DNA of 64,000 bases from Azolla caroliniana. Lineage: Eukaryota > Plantae > Polypodiophyta. The notes below the pieces were generated by a model. It saw only the letters and a program-made list of their open reading frames with translations, was not told the DNA's origin and made no database searches. The position numbers and the translations under genes were made by a program. Shown here one piece after another: positions 52,319 to 61,766 of the stretch (position 1 is the stretch's first letter; each line of letters begins with the position of its first letter). The DNA lies in contig JBHGNT010000007.1 in the NCBI GenBank assembly GCA_043228905.1, positions 4,836,001 through 4,900,000 on the forward strand. Reading direction: 5' to 3'.

Positions 52319-55300
52319 TGTTGGGATTTCGGTTCCTCCGGATGGGATGTCCGGAGATGAATGACGGCAAGCCCGGAGGCTGTTACGGAACCGGATGATG
52401 AAGAATACCCGGCATGAAGCCGGATGAAGAGTACCCGGCTACGGATGCGGATGATGAAGACCCGGTTACGGAGCCGGATGCTGAAGACCCCGGTTACGGA
52501 GCCGGATGACGTATGTACCCGGAGAGAGATCCGGATGCGGGGACATATTTGTGAATATGTTTGCCAAGGGCTCTTAAGGCTATATTTGTAAATAGCCCGA
52601 AAGTCATATGTGTATAAATATGACTTAGGGCAAACAGTTTGTTGTTGTTGCTCATTTTTTTTATGTTTTAGCCGAGAGAGCGAAGTGAGAGCAGCCGAGA
52701 GAGAGAGAGAGCGAGAGAAAGGAAGAGGTCGACGCCTCTGTGTATTGCCGCCGCCTGTGGCGAAGACAGTGAGCTCAAGGTTGTTGCCTTGTAGCTTCAC
52801 CATTGTACATCTCTGTGTATAGTGTGAGTTGGAGTTTGAGGACTCCCGTGGTTTTTTCCCATTTAGGGTTTTCCACGTAAAACATACTGTGTACTCTTCT
52901 CTCTATTGTCTTGGAGCATGTCGTACTTCCTATTTTCTGTGATTTGATCCTATTCCTCGGTTGTGGCCGAGCGCTGTTTTTCAACAAAGTGGTATCAGAG
53001 CGACTGTTGCAGAAAATGGAAGGCGGCGGCAGCGGGCAGCCGATGATGATGGTGCTGAATGCACAGAATTACGCCGACTGGAAGATCAAGATGGAGGATC
53101 TTCTGATTGTTCGGGACCTGTACGAACCGATTGACAGGTCGGAAATACCAAAAGGGGTACTTGAGTCGGAGTGGAAGCTCCTGAACCGGAAAGCCGTAGC
53201 GACGATCCGACAATATGTCGATGTAAGCGTCCTACAACATGTGGCGAACGACACCAACGCATATGAGATGTGGAAGAAGCTGTCGGGCCTCTATGAGAGG
53301 AAGAATGCGTTGAACCGGACCTCCCTGATGAGGAAGATAGTGAATCTCAAGTACCGGGACGGCGAGAGTATGGTGGAACACGTAAGCACGTTCATGGGAT
53401 TCGTGAATCAGCTTGCGGCGATCAAGTTCCCATTGGAGGATGCAATGCAAGCCATCATTCTGATGTGTACATTGCCGGAAAGCTGGGAGAACTTGGTGGT
53501 GACTCTCAGCACCTCCTGCACCGAAGATAACTTGTCTCTACAAACGGTAAAGACAAGCATTTTGAACGAAGAAGCGCGTCGGAGAGATAAAGAACCGGTT
53601 TCCGACTTGAAGGCGCTACTTACCGAATCGGAACGGGGAAGACAATGGAACCGGAGTCCGCAAAGACGGGAGAAGTCGGGGACCCGGTCGCAGTCAAGAG
53701 GAAGACCCACATGCTTCCACTGTGGGAAGCCGGGGCACTTCCGGAAGAATTGTCGGCATTACCGAAAGGACAACGGGGCCGACGACACCGATTCGAAGAA
53801 GTCACCGGAGAGAAACGGTGCATACCGGGGAGCCACGGACCGGAGAGGTCCGGATCGGCGAGGGCAGGACCGGAAAGGAACGACGGCACTCGCGGCAAGT
53901 GAAGAAGAGATAATGCTCATTACCGAAGAGACGGAGCTGAACCTTGCCGGTGAAGAGATGACCTGGGTGGTCGATTCCGGAGCGTCGTTCCACCTGACCC
54001 CGGAGAAGAAATACTTCTCATCCTACACAGCCGGTGAGCACGGCTGTGTCCGGATGGGAAATGAAGGTACATGCCGGATTGCCGGCATAGGAGACGTGTG
54101 GTTGATGACATCAACCGGATGCAAGATGCTGCTGAAGGATGTCCGACACGTTCCGGAGGTTCGATTGAACCTGATTTCGGCCGGGAGGCTAGACGATGAA
54201 GGCTACACGGGTAGCATCCGGAACGGTGTCATGAAGTTCAGCAAAGGGAGCCTGATAGTGGCTCGGGCCCGGAAGATCAACACACTGTACCTCATGAATT
54301 CCCGGCTATGTCCGGAGGAGCTGAACGTGGCAGCCGATACTGCCGGTGAGCTGTGGCACAAGAGACTGTGTCACATGAGTGAGAAGGGGATGAAGAGGCT
54401 TGCAGAAGACAACCTTATTCCAGTGAAGCATGTGCACCTGGAGAAGTGCACCGATTGCCTGGCCGGTAAACAGAACCGAACCTCCTTCCACTCAAGGCCA
54501 CCGACGAGACGAAGCGCACCATTGGAGTTGGTGCACACTGACGTGTGTCAAGTAGAAACGAAGTCACATGGCGGAGCCCAGTACTTCGTGACATTCATTG
54601 ATGACCACAGCCGGAAGCTGTGGACGGCACCGTTGAAGACAAAGGACCAAGTGTTGTGCGTCTTCAAAGAACTCCACGCGAGAGTGGAAAGGGAATCCGG
54701 CAAGAAGCTGAAAGCGATACGAGCGGATAACGGAGGGGAATACCGGGGGCAGTTCCAGGAGTACTGTCGCTCGAAGGGAATCCGGCTCGAGTTTACTGTG
54801 CCGAAGACGCCGGAACTAAACGGGCTGGCCGAGAGGATGAACCGGACCATAATGGAGAGGGTCCGGAGCATGCTGGCGCATGCGAAATTACCCAAGGGGT
54901 TTTGGGCTGAGGCAATGTCGACGGCGACATACGTGATAAACAGATCACCCTCAGTACCTTTGGACGGAGACACGCCGCAGAGAGTGTGGACCGGCAGGGA
55001 AGTATCCTACCGGCATCTGAAGGTGTTCGGGTGTCTCGCATATGTGCATGTGGCTAAGGACCGGAGAGGAAAGCTAGATCCAAAGACCCGGCCATGCATA
55101 TTCCTCGGTTACGGTGATGACGAGTTCGGCTACCGAGTATGGGACCCGGTCGACAAGAAGATATTCCGGAGTCGTGATATCATCTTCATGGAGAACAAGA
55201 CACTCGCCGACTGGGAGTCGGAGAAGAAGATGAAGAGCTCCAAGTCGACCGGTGAGGATCAACTCTACGAGGAGCAGTCCCGACCGGCAAGGGACCGGTT

Positions 55301-57767
55301 AGCACTCGAGGATCCGGCCGAAGACGGTGAAGAAACAGAACCAACCGAGGAAGATGAAACTGATACCGGAACCGGCCCCGATCCCGAAATGGATTCGGAT
55401 GAAGAGGAAACGGAGGAGCCGGTTACCGAAGCTCCGGAACGGAGATATCCTCTAAGAGAGAGAAGGGCCCCCCGGAGATTTCCGGAACCAGAGCACGTGC
55501 TGCTAACCGACGAGGGGGAGCCGGAGAGCTTTGAAGAAGCAAAGCATGACACCCATAGCCGCAGGTGGTTAAGTGCCATGCAGGAGGAGATGGATTCCCT
55601 GCATGAGAACCACACATATGAACTTGTGGAGTTGCCGAAAGGAAAGCGGGCACTTCGAAACAAGTGGGTGTTCAAGCTGAAACCGGGAGATGCCGGAAAC
55701 CCCCCGAGATACAAAGCCAAGATCGTGGTGAAGGGGTTCCAGCAGAAGAAGGGCGTCGACTTCGACGAGATATTTGCCCCGGTAGTGAAGATGACCTCCA
55801 TCCGGACGGTGCTGAGCATAGCGACAAGCATGGACCTCGAGGTAGAACAGATGGACGTGAAGACGGCATTCCTTCACGGTGACCTCGAAGAAGAGATCTA
55901 CATGCAGCAACCGGAAGGATTCGAGAAGAAAGGGAAGGAGCACCTGGTATGCCGGTTGAAGAAGAGCCTTTACGGACTGAAGCAGGCTCCCCGGCAATGG
56001 TACCGGAAGTTCGACTCCTTCATGACCGACGAAGGGTACCACAAAACGCAGTCTGATCACTGCGTGTTTGTGAAGAAGTTCGAAGGAGGAGACTCTCTAA
56101 TACTCCTCCTGTACGTGGACGACATGTTGATCGTCGGACGGGACCAGGTCAAGATACGGACGCTGAAGAAAGCGCTTCACCGAACCTTCTCAATGAAGGA
56201 CCTGGGTCCGGCGAGGCAAATACTAGGGATGCACATCATCCGGGACCGGAAGAAGAAGCAGTTGTGGCTGTCACAGGAGAAATACGTGACAAAGGTGCTT
56301 CACCGGTTCAACATGTCGGAAGCAAGACCGGTCGGGTCAACCCTCCCGGCAAACTGCAAGTTGTCCAGCAAGCAAAGCCCCAAGACAAAGGCTGAGAAGG
56401 AGGACATGATGAAAGTACCATATGCCTCTGCCGTCGGAAGCTTGATGTACGCAATGGTGTGTACAAGACCGGACATAGGATATGCAGTTGGAGTGGTGAG
56501 CCGGTACATGAGCAATCCCGGCAAAGAGCATTGGAACGCGGCCAAGTGGATACTCCGATACCTGAAGGGCACGGCAAACGTGTGCCTCCGATTCGGCTCC
56601 GGTAAGCCCGAACTCGACGGCTTCACCGATTCGGATATGTCGGCTGATGCAGATACCAGCCGGTCCACATCAGGGTATGTGATGACGTATGTAGGGGGAG
56701 CCGTTTCGTGGCAGTCGAGGCTGCAGAAGACGGTTGCGTTGTCAACCACGGAGGCGGAGTACATGGCGGCTGTTGAAGCCGGCAAGGAAATAATATGGAT
56801 GAAGGACTTCATTAGAGAGCTCGGTATCCGACAGGAGGAGTACCGACTCTACTGCGACAGTCAGAGTGCAATCCACCTTGCGAAGAACGCGGCCTATCAC
56901 TCCCGGACGAAGCACATCCAGCGAAGATATCACTGGATCCGGGAAAGGATAGAAGACAAGGAGTTCGTGCTGACAAAGATCCACACGGACGAGAACGGGT
57001 CGGATATGCTGACCAAGGTCCTCACACCCGACAAGCTGGAAGCATGCCGGAAGAGGATCGGATTGGAGAGACATCCCATGCCGAAGTGAAGGGGGAGTTT
57101 GTTGGGATTTCGGTTCCTCCGGATGGGATGTCCGGAGATGAATGACGGCAAGCCCGGAGGCTGTTACGGAACCGGATGATGAAGAATACCCGGCATGAAG
57201 CCGGATGAAGAGTACCCGGCTACGGATGCGGATGATGAAGACCCGATTACGGAGCCGGATGCTGAAGACCCCGGTTACGGAGCCGGATGACGTATGTACC
57301 CGGAGAGAGATCCGGATGCGGGGACATATTTGTGAATATGTTTGCCAAGGGCTCTTGAGGCTATATTTGTAAATAGCCCGAAAGTCATATGTGTATAAAT
57401 ATGACTTAGGGCAAACAGTTTGTTGTTGTTGCTCATTTTTTTTATGTTTTAGCCGAGAGAGCGAAGTGAGAGCAGCCGAGAGAGAGAGAGAGCGAGAGAA
57501 AGGAAGAGGTCGACGCCTCTGTGTATTGCCGCCGCCTGTGGCGAAGACAGTGAGCTCAAGGTTGTTGCCTTGTAGCTTCACCATTGTACATCTCTGTGTA
57601 TAGTGTGAGTTGGAGTTTGAGGACTCCCGTGGTTTTTTCCCATTTAGGGTTTTCCACGTAAAACATACTGTGTACTCTTCTCTCTATTGTCTTGGAGCAT
57701 GTCGTACTTCCTATTTTCTGTGATTTGATCCTATTCCTCGGTTGTGGCCGAGCGCTGTTTTTCAACA
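52319..57767 (+). mobile_element. Intact, very young Ty1/copia retrotransposon (Tnt1/Tto1-like)
   Basis: The 668-bp LTRs at 52319-52986 and 57100-57767 show 2 differences that I could find. TSD is TGAAC on both sides, the PBS tggtatcagagc is at 52990-53001 (iMet) and PPT is at 57088-57097. Confidence 0.97.
53016..57089 (+). CDS. Copia gag-pol polyprotein (gag-PR-INT-RT-RH), 1357 aa
   Basis: Motifs CFHCGKPGHFRKNC, WVVDSGASFH, WHKRLCH..CTDC, ADNGGEY, QMDVKTAFLHG, LLYVDDML, GFTDSD and STTEAEY, with no stops. Confidence 0.97.
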   Translation: MEGGGSGQPMMMVLNAQNYADWKIKMEDLLIVRDLYEPIDRSEIPKGVLESEWKLLNRKAVATIRQYVDVSVLQHVANDTNAYEMWKKLSGLYERKNALNRTSLMRKIVNLKYRDGESMVEHVSTFMGFVNQLAAIKFPLEDAMQAIILMCTLPESWENLVVTLSTSCTEDNLSLQTVKTSILNEEARRRDKEPVSDLKALLTESERGRQWNRSPQRREKSGTRSQSRGRPTCFHCGKPGHFRKNCRHYRKDNGADDTDSKKSPERNGAYRGATDRRGPDRRGQDRKGTTALAASEEEIMLITEETELNLAGEEMTWVVDSGASFHLTPEKKYFSSYTAGEHGCVRMGNEGTCRIAGIGDVWLMTSTGCKMLLKDVRHVPEVRLNLISAGRLDDEGYTGSIRNGVMKFSKGSLIVARARKINTLYLMNSRLCPEELNVAADTAGELWHKRLCHMSEKGMKRLAEDNLIPVKHVHLEKCTDCLAGKQNRTSFHSRPPTRRSAPLELVHTDVCQVETKSHGGAQYFVTFIDDHSRKLWTAPLKTKDQVLCVFKELHARVERESGKKLKAIRADNGGEYRGQFQEYCRSKGIRLEFTVPKTPELNGLAERMNRTIMERVRSMLAHAKLPKGFWAEAMSTATYVINRSPSVPLDGDTPQRVWTGREVSYRHLKVFGCLAYVHVAKDRRGKLDPKTRPCIFLGYGDDEFGYRVWDPVDKKIFRSRDIIFMENKTLADWESEKKMKSSKSTGEDQLYEEQSRPARDRLALEDPAEDGEETEPTEEDETDTGTGPDPEMDSDEEETEEPVTEAPERRYPLRERRAPRRFPEPEHVLLTDEGEPESFEEAKHDTHSRRWLSAMQEEMDSLHENHTYELVELPKGKRALRNKWVFKLKPGDAGNPPRYKAKIVVKGFQQKKGVDFDEIFAPVVKMTSIRTVLSIATSMDLEVEQMDVKTAFLHGDLEEEIYMQQPEGFEKKGKEHLVCRLKKSLYGLKQAPRQWYRKFDSFMTDEGYHKTQSDHCVFVKKFEGGDSLILLLYVDDMLIVGRDQVKIRTLKKALHRTFSMKDLGPARQILGMHIIRDRKKKQLWLSQEKYVTKVLHRFNMSEARPVGSTLPANCKLSSKQSPKTKAEKEDMMKVPYASAVGSLMYAMVCTRPDIGYAVGVVSRYMSNPGKEHWNAAKWILRYLKGTANVCLRFGSGKPELDGFTDSDMSADADTSRSTSGYVMTYVGGAVSWQSRLQKTVALSTTEAEYMAAVEAGKEIIWMKDFIRELGIRQEEYRLYCDSQSAIHLAKNAAYHSRTKHIQRRYHWIRERIEDKEFVLTKIHTDENGSDMLTKVLTPDKLEACRKRIGLERHPMPK

Positions 57768-58167
57768 TGAACTACTAGCAAAGAAGCTTCAGGCCGAGAT
57801 CAACGGCTAACACGTTCGCGTTCACAAGTGGAAGGATCGCGCATAAATGGAAGGATAAGGGTAATTTTAGGGGTTTTTCAATGATTTTACAAAACACATT
57901 GATACCAGTATCATACAAGTTCAAACATACTATGAAAAAGGTTAAATATCCACTATTTTCGTGATTTAGAAGTAACTAAAAAAAGACGAATTTCAAAAAC
58001 GTACATTCTCAATTTATATCACAAACTTTACAACCAATGTTATTTTATAAGAAACGATTTTTGGGAAATCATAAGAATTCAAAACACATGATTTTATATT
58101 ACTCGATTTGTTACAAGCGGAATGTAGTTACACTTAATAGCCAAATATACATTCATGATAGAGTCCT

Positions 58168-60944
58168 TTACGGAGAATCACTACTATAACTAATATACAA
58201 TGACGATTCCTCCTCATCATCCTCGGATGTACCAATCAGTGCATTATCTTCGTCATAAACCAAATGGTTTGACTCTAGATTATATGTAGCAGATCTCGTT
58301 TGCCTTTGACTCGAGCCACCTTGTAGACCTGGTAAATTTTCTTTTATTATATCTATTGTTGACTTCCTTAATCGTCCGGCTTTTGTAAGTGTGAAGTCGT
58401 ACACGATGATATCCACATCAGAGATATCAAGGGTCGAGGTGTTACGAATGTTTCGCTTCCTCTTCCTACCTCCCCTTCTTGTTTGGCATTCAATCATCTC
58501 CAATGTATACTTACCTGTAAAAGCATTTGCACTTCTAGTGTTGTACCAATGAACATTTATAGACTTGATTGTGTTTTCTATTTCATGCATTAGCACTTCT
58601 AGAATTTTACCAACCCAAAATTGGTGGCCATGTGAGTTCTCATCAGCTGGCGTTGCAATCAACATCCTCGCGGTGAGCTCTTGCAAATTTCCTTGCCATC
58701 TAGCTTCGGCTGCTTTGGTCATCCTTGCTCCCACATAAATGTCTCTTTGTTGTGGATGGACCAAGCTGTCATTAATCGCATTTACTAGTCGCTCCGGACT
58801 TCTATTTACGCGATCATGTTGCAGTGACCATGTGAATGGCGTTTCCAAATTCCAATTATCAACAGATACACAATTGTCTATAATTTCATTCTGATCACTA
58901 TAAAATACATCCCACCATGACGTGTCTTGTTGTGCGGCATATTTCTTGGCGGCCTCAATATGCTTTCTTTTTTCTTCTAAGGCTTGGAGCCATGACCGTT
59001 TTTGTTCTGATACCAAGTCGCTCTGCAACTGTCCTTTCTTCTCAATTGGCATTTGCTTAGCTCCATGGACAATTGTACTCGGCATACTAAGTAATAACTG
59101 GCAACCACCTTCAGGTTCCCATGTTGTAGAAGATGAATATTGTTTAGCATACAAAAGTGTAGAACCACTTATTCCATTTTTCTTTATCAAAAAAATGTGA
59201 TTGAAACTTATATTGTTTAACTGAGCAAGCACTTTAACATTCCCACCACCCCCATCTAATATATATCTCTTAAAGTCATATACCTCCTTCAAGTGTAACA
59301 CTTTTGGGCGTGGTGTATATGCATCACAAATGACATCAAATAGTTTAGGTAAAGTGAAAGCATCATGCTGAGACAACTGTCTGGAGAATGTGCTAAACAT
59401 CTGATCTATATGGTCATGTGTGTGGCCAACCAAAAGGAAATTGACTTTCACTTTCCTAAACAATTCTAGGTTGACCAACATACTTAGATAGCCAAATACA
59501 GTTGAATTTTTGTTCTCTCTAGCAGTATTGTCCAATTGAATGTATAGAACAGGGGGGAAAGGTTGTCCCCAAGACATCAAAACTCGGTGAATCACTGTAA
59601 CTGTTAGGTTAGGGTCATTGTGAACATTGGGGTAATGAAGACGTGAGGTCGAACAGACCTATTATAAGCCAAGCATCCCACCAAGTGCATTTGAACAAGG
59701 CACTCATCATTGACATCTTTGGGGAGCCTCCGCATATGCGGCAAGCATGTCTTCTTCTGGTCCATGCCATCTATCATTAAGCACATGTATTGTTCAGGCC
59801 TCTTCAAACACTTCTCTCTATGATGCATCGCCTTCCTTCGTTCTAAGGATTGTGCCTCACGATGCTCTTGTAGTAACTTCTTACTCGTATCCTTTTCCAT
59901 TGATGTCTTTGCACCTTTAGCCAAACTTTTAAGATTTGCACAAATGGAGCAATACCCCATACGTACTTTACGAGGAATAATAACATTTGAAAACCGAGCT
60001 CTCCATAATCTTGTGAATTGGCTATAGGTGATAGATTTATTACGTGAGCCCAGCATTTCAGATCGATAGACATCATAAACTTCCCGACGGGTATAATTAT
60101 CAGAAAGATGCATCCTACCTGTAGTGGGCATTACTTCACAATTTAACTGAAAGTAAGTTTTCATCCAGCCAATAGCTAGTCTTCCAATTGCACCTTTCAT
60201 ACTTGGAACCTCTTTACAATTGAGCATCTGATCCCCGCTAAGTAGACGTTGTTGTACTCTATGTAGCCGCATGTTACTAACACATAACGCAATTTTGAAT
60301 GCAACTCTACATATCTGTTGCGCATGGAAGATATAATACTCGAATGATGCTTTGATCCCCGTACATTTGTCAGATACTAGTTGCATATGTGATCCGAGGT
60401 AAGTGTCTTGCTCATCACCGATCATCGAAAAATAGTATCGCCTTAATTCTCGCAACTTTGATTTTCCAATCATAGACATACAACCACGGGCACAACATAT
60501 TTTGTTGACATCAAATCCAATCTGTTTATCTGATGTCACCAAGCTAAATCTAGCCAGACGAATTCTTCGTGGGATTCTTCTAATATGCATAGGGCTCCCA
60601 GATTTCTCTTCCTGCATAGAGGTTGGTGTAACCTTGTTACAGTCTAATTCTCTGTTCTGACCATCGCCAATGTTATTCAATGTTTCCTGGGCACTTCCTT
60701 CATTCTCGGTATCTTTATTAATATCGTATTCTTCAATAGAGAACTCTTCACATGTGTCATTATTTACATTCCTTGTAGATGAGCTCAGACAATATTCTTC
60801 GATAGAATATGGTGAGTCGGTCGAAAGACAATATTCTTCAATCGAATATGGTGACTCTGTTGACAAACAATACTCTTCAGTAGAAAACGATGGGTCTGAT
60901 GACAAACAATATTCTTCAATCGAGAACGGTGAATCTTCACTCAT
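58168..60944 (-). pseudogene. Sola/DUF7869-like DDD transposase (~925 aa) with one frameshift near 59631
   Basis: ORFs 59604..60944 and 58168..59595 join as ...PHVFIT/PNVHNDPNLTVTVIHRVL. Putative catalytic motifs are MIDGMDQ, LYIQLDNTARENKN and LLVGHTHDHIDQMFS. Upstream Cys/His motifs include CCARGC, ICRVAF and GYCSICANL...EH. Confidence 0.75.
60829..60938 (-). repeat. 39-bp (13-aa) coding repeat SPYSIEEYCLSTD at the transposase N-terminus
   Basis: Four copies are visible in the ORF translation; a further copy extends to ~60783. Confidence 0.85.
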
Positions 60945-61179
60945 GGCTTAAGGTCTAGATAGGGCTCTCTAAGTTATACTCCTCTCTAAACATATACTCC
61001 TCCCTAAACATAAACTTCTCTCTAAACAAAAGCCAAATCAATAGAATGTCTATATTATGTAATATTCTATTAATACAATACATCTAAAAATTATTTTTAA
61101 TAAAGTAATTTTACTTAAATTATCAATCATTATATAAACTAGATCTAAATGATGTTAAATCAAGTAAAATATAAAACTA

Positions 61180-61625
61180 ATCATTAACAAGCCTTGAATA
61201 TGTTGGATTCATGTTAAAATCATTGGCTAATTAATGACACCCATTTTGATATAGAACGTCTCACGCATTGGTTCTTTAATGCTCACCATTTTAAATATTA
61301 GACTTATCAATCATTGGTTAATTCATGCCCACATCTTTAATACATAACATTTGAGAGTCATAAAAATTGTTGCTTTTAGTAATCAATCATTGGTACATTC
61401 ATGAACCTCTATCATTGTCTCCTTCATAACCTTTGAAGTCATTGTAGGTTGTTATGACTATAAAAGATTGATCAATATGTTAGTTTGACTTTGTAATCAG
61501 TAATACAATCATAAGTTACTCTAGTTAATGTGACTATGGTTATCAACTAACTATCCTCAAAGTTACCAACATTGGTTAAGGTGACTATGGTTACTTTAAC
61601 CATGTGTTCAATCCCTATAAATAGG
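61180..61625 (+). promoter_or_regulatory. Promoter region between the divergent genes: repeated CATTGG (CCAAT boxes) and TATA
   Basis: cattgg occurs at ~61221, 61265, 61312, 61388 and 61570. ctataaatagg is at 61615-61625 and is followed by a 5' UTR with 9-bp agagcacac-like repeats. Confidence 0.55.
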
Positions 61626-61766
61626 AAGACCTCATCATATTTCACTCACCAGAGCGTACAGAGCGTACAGAGCACACAGAACGTAGAGAGCACACAAAGC
61701 ACACAAAGCACTCAGAGCACAAAGCACGAAAGCGCGATCTCCGCCTCCACTTCAACACGATCAACC

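Larger units (their letters stand above)
38706..57858 (+). mobile_element. Tat-like Ty3/gypsy retrotransposon (element G3), host of the nested elements; 3' part not in the window
   Basis: The 5' LTR is ~38706-39163 (tgttgtcc...gggtaaca) and the PBS tggcacgccc is at 39169-39178 (tRNA-Arg type). The gag starts at ATG 39238 and rejoins in frame across 39314-41082 and 42367-49747. Protease IIDGGSGVNVI and the RT start (WLSPIVVVPKKNEKIRVCVD) run to 51249. An extra coiled-coil ORF follows from ~51355 and resumes after the copia insertion. Confidence 0.8.

Noticed and set aside
52168-52803. 211-aa antisense ORF, repeated at 56742..57584
   Set aside because: It lies within the two copia LTRs and their repeats and has no recognisable domain.
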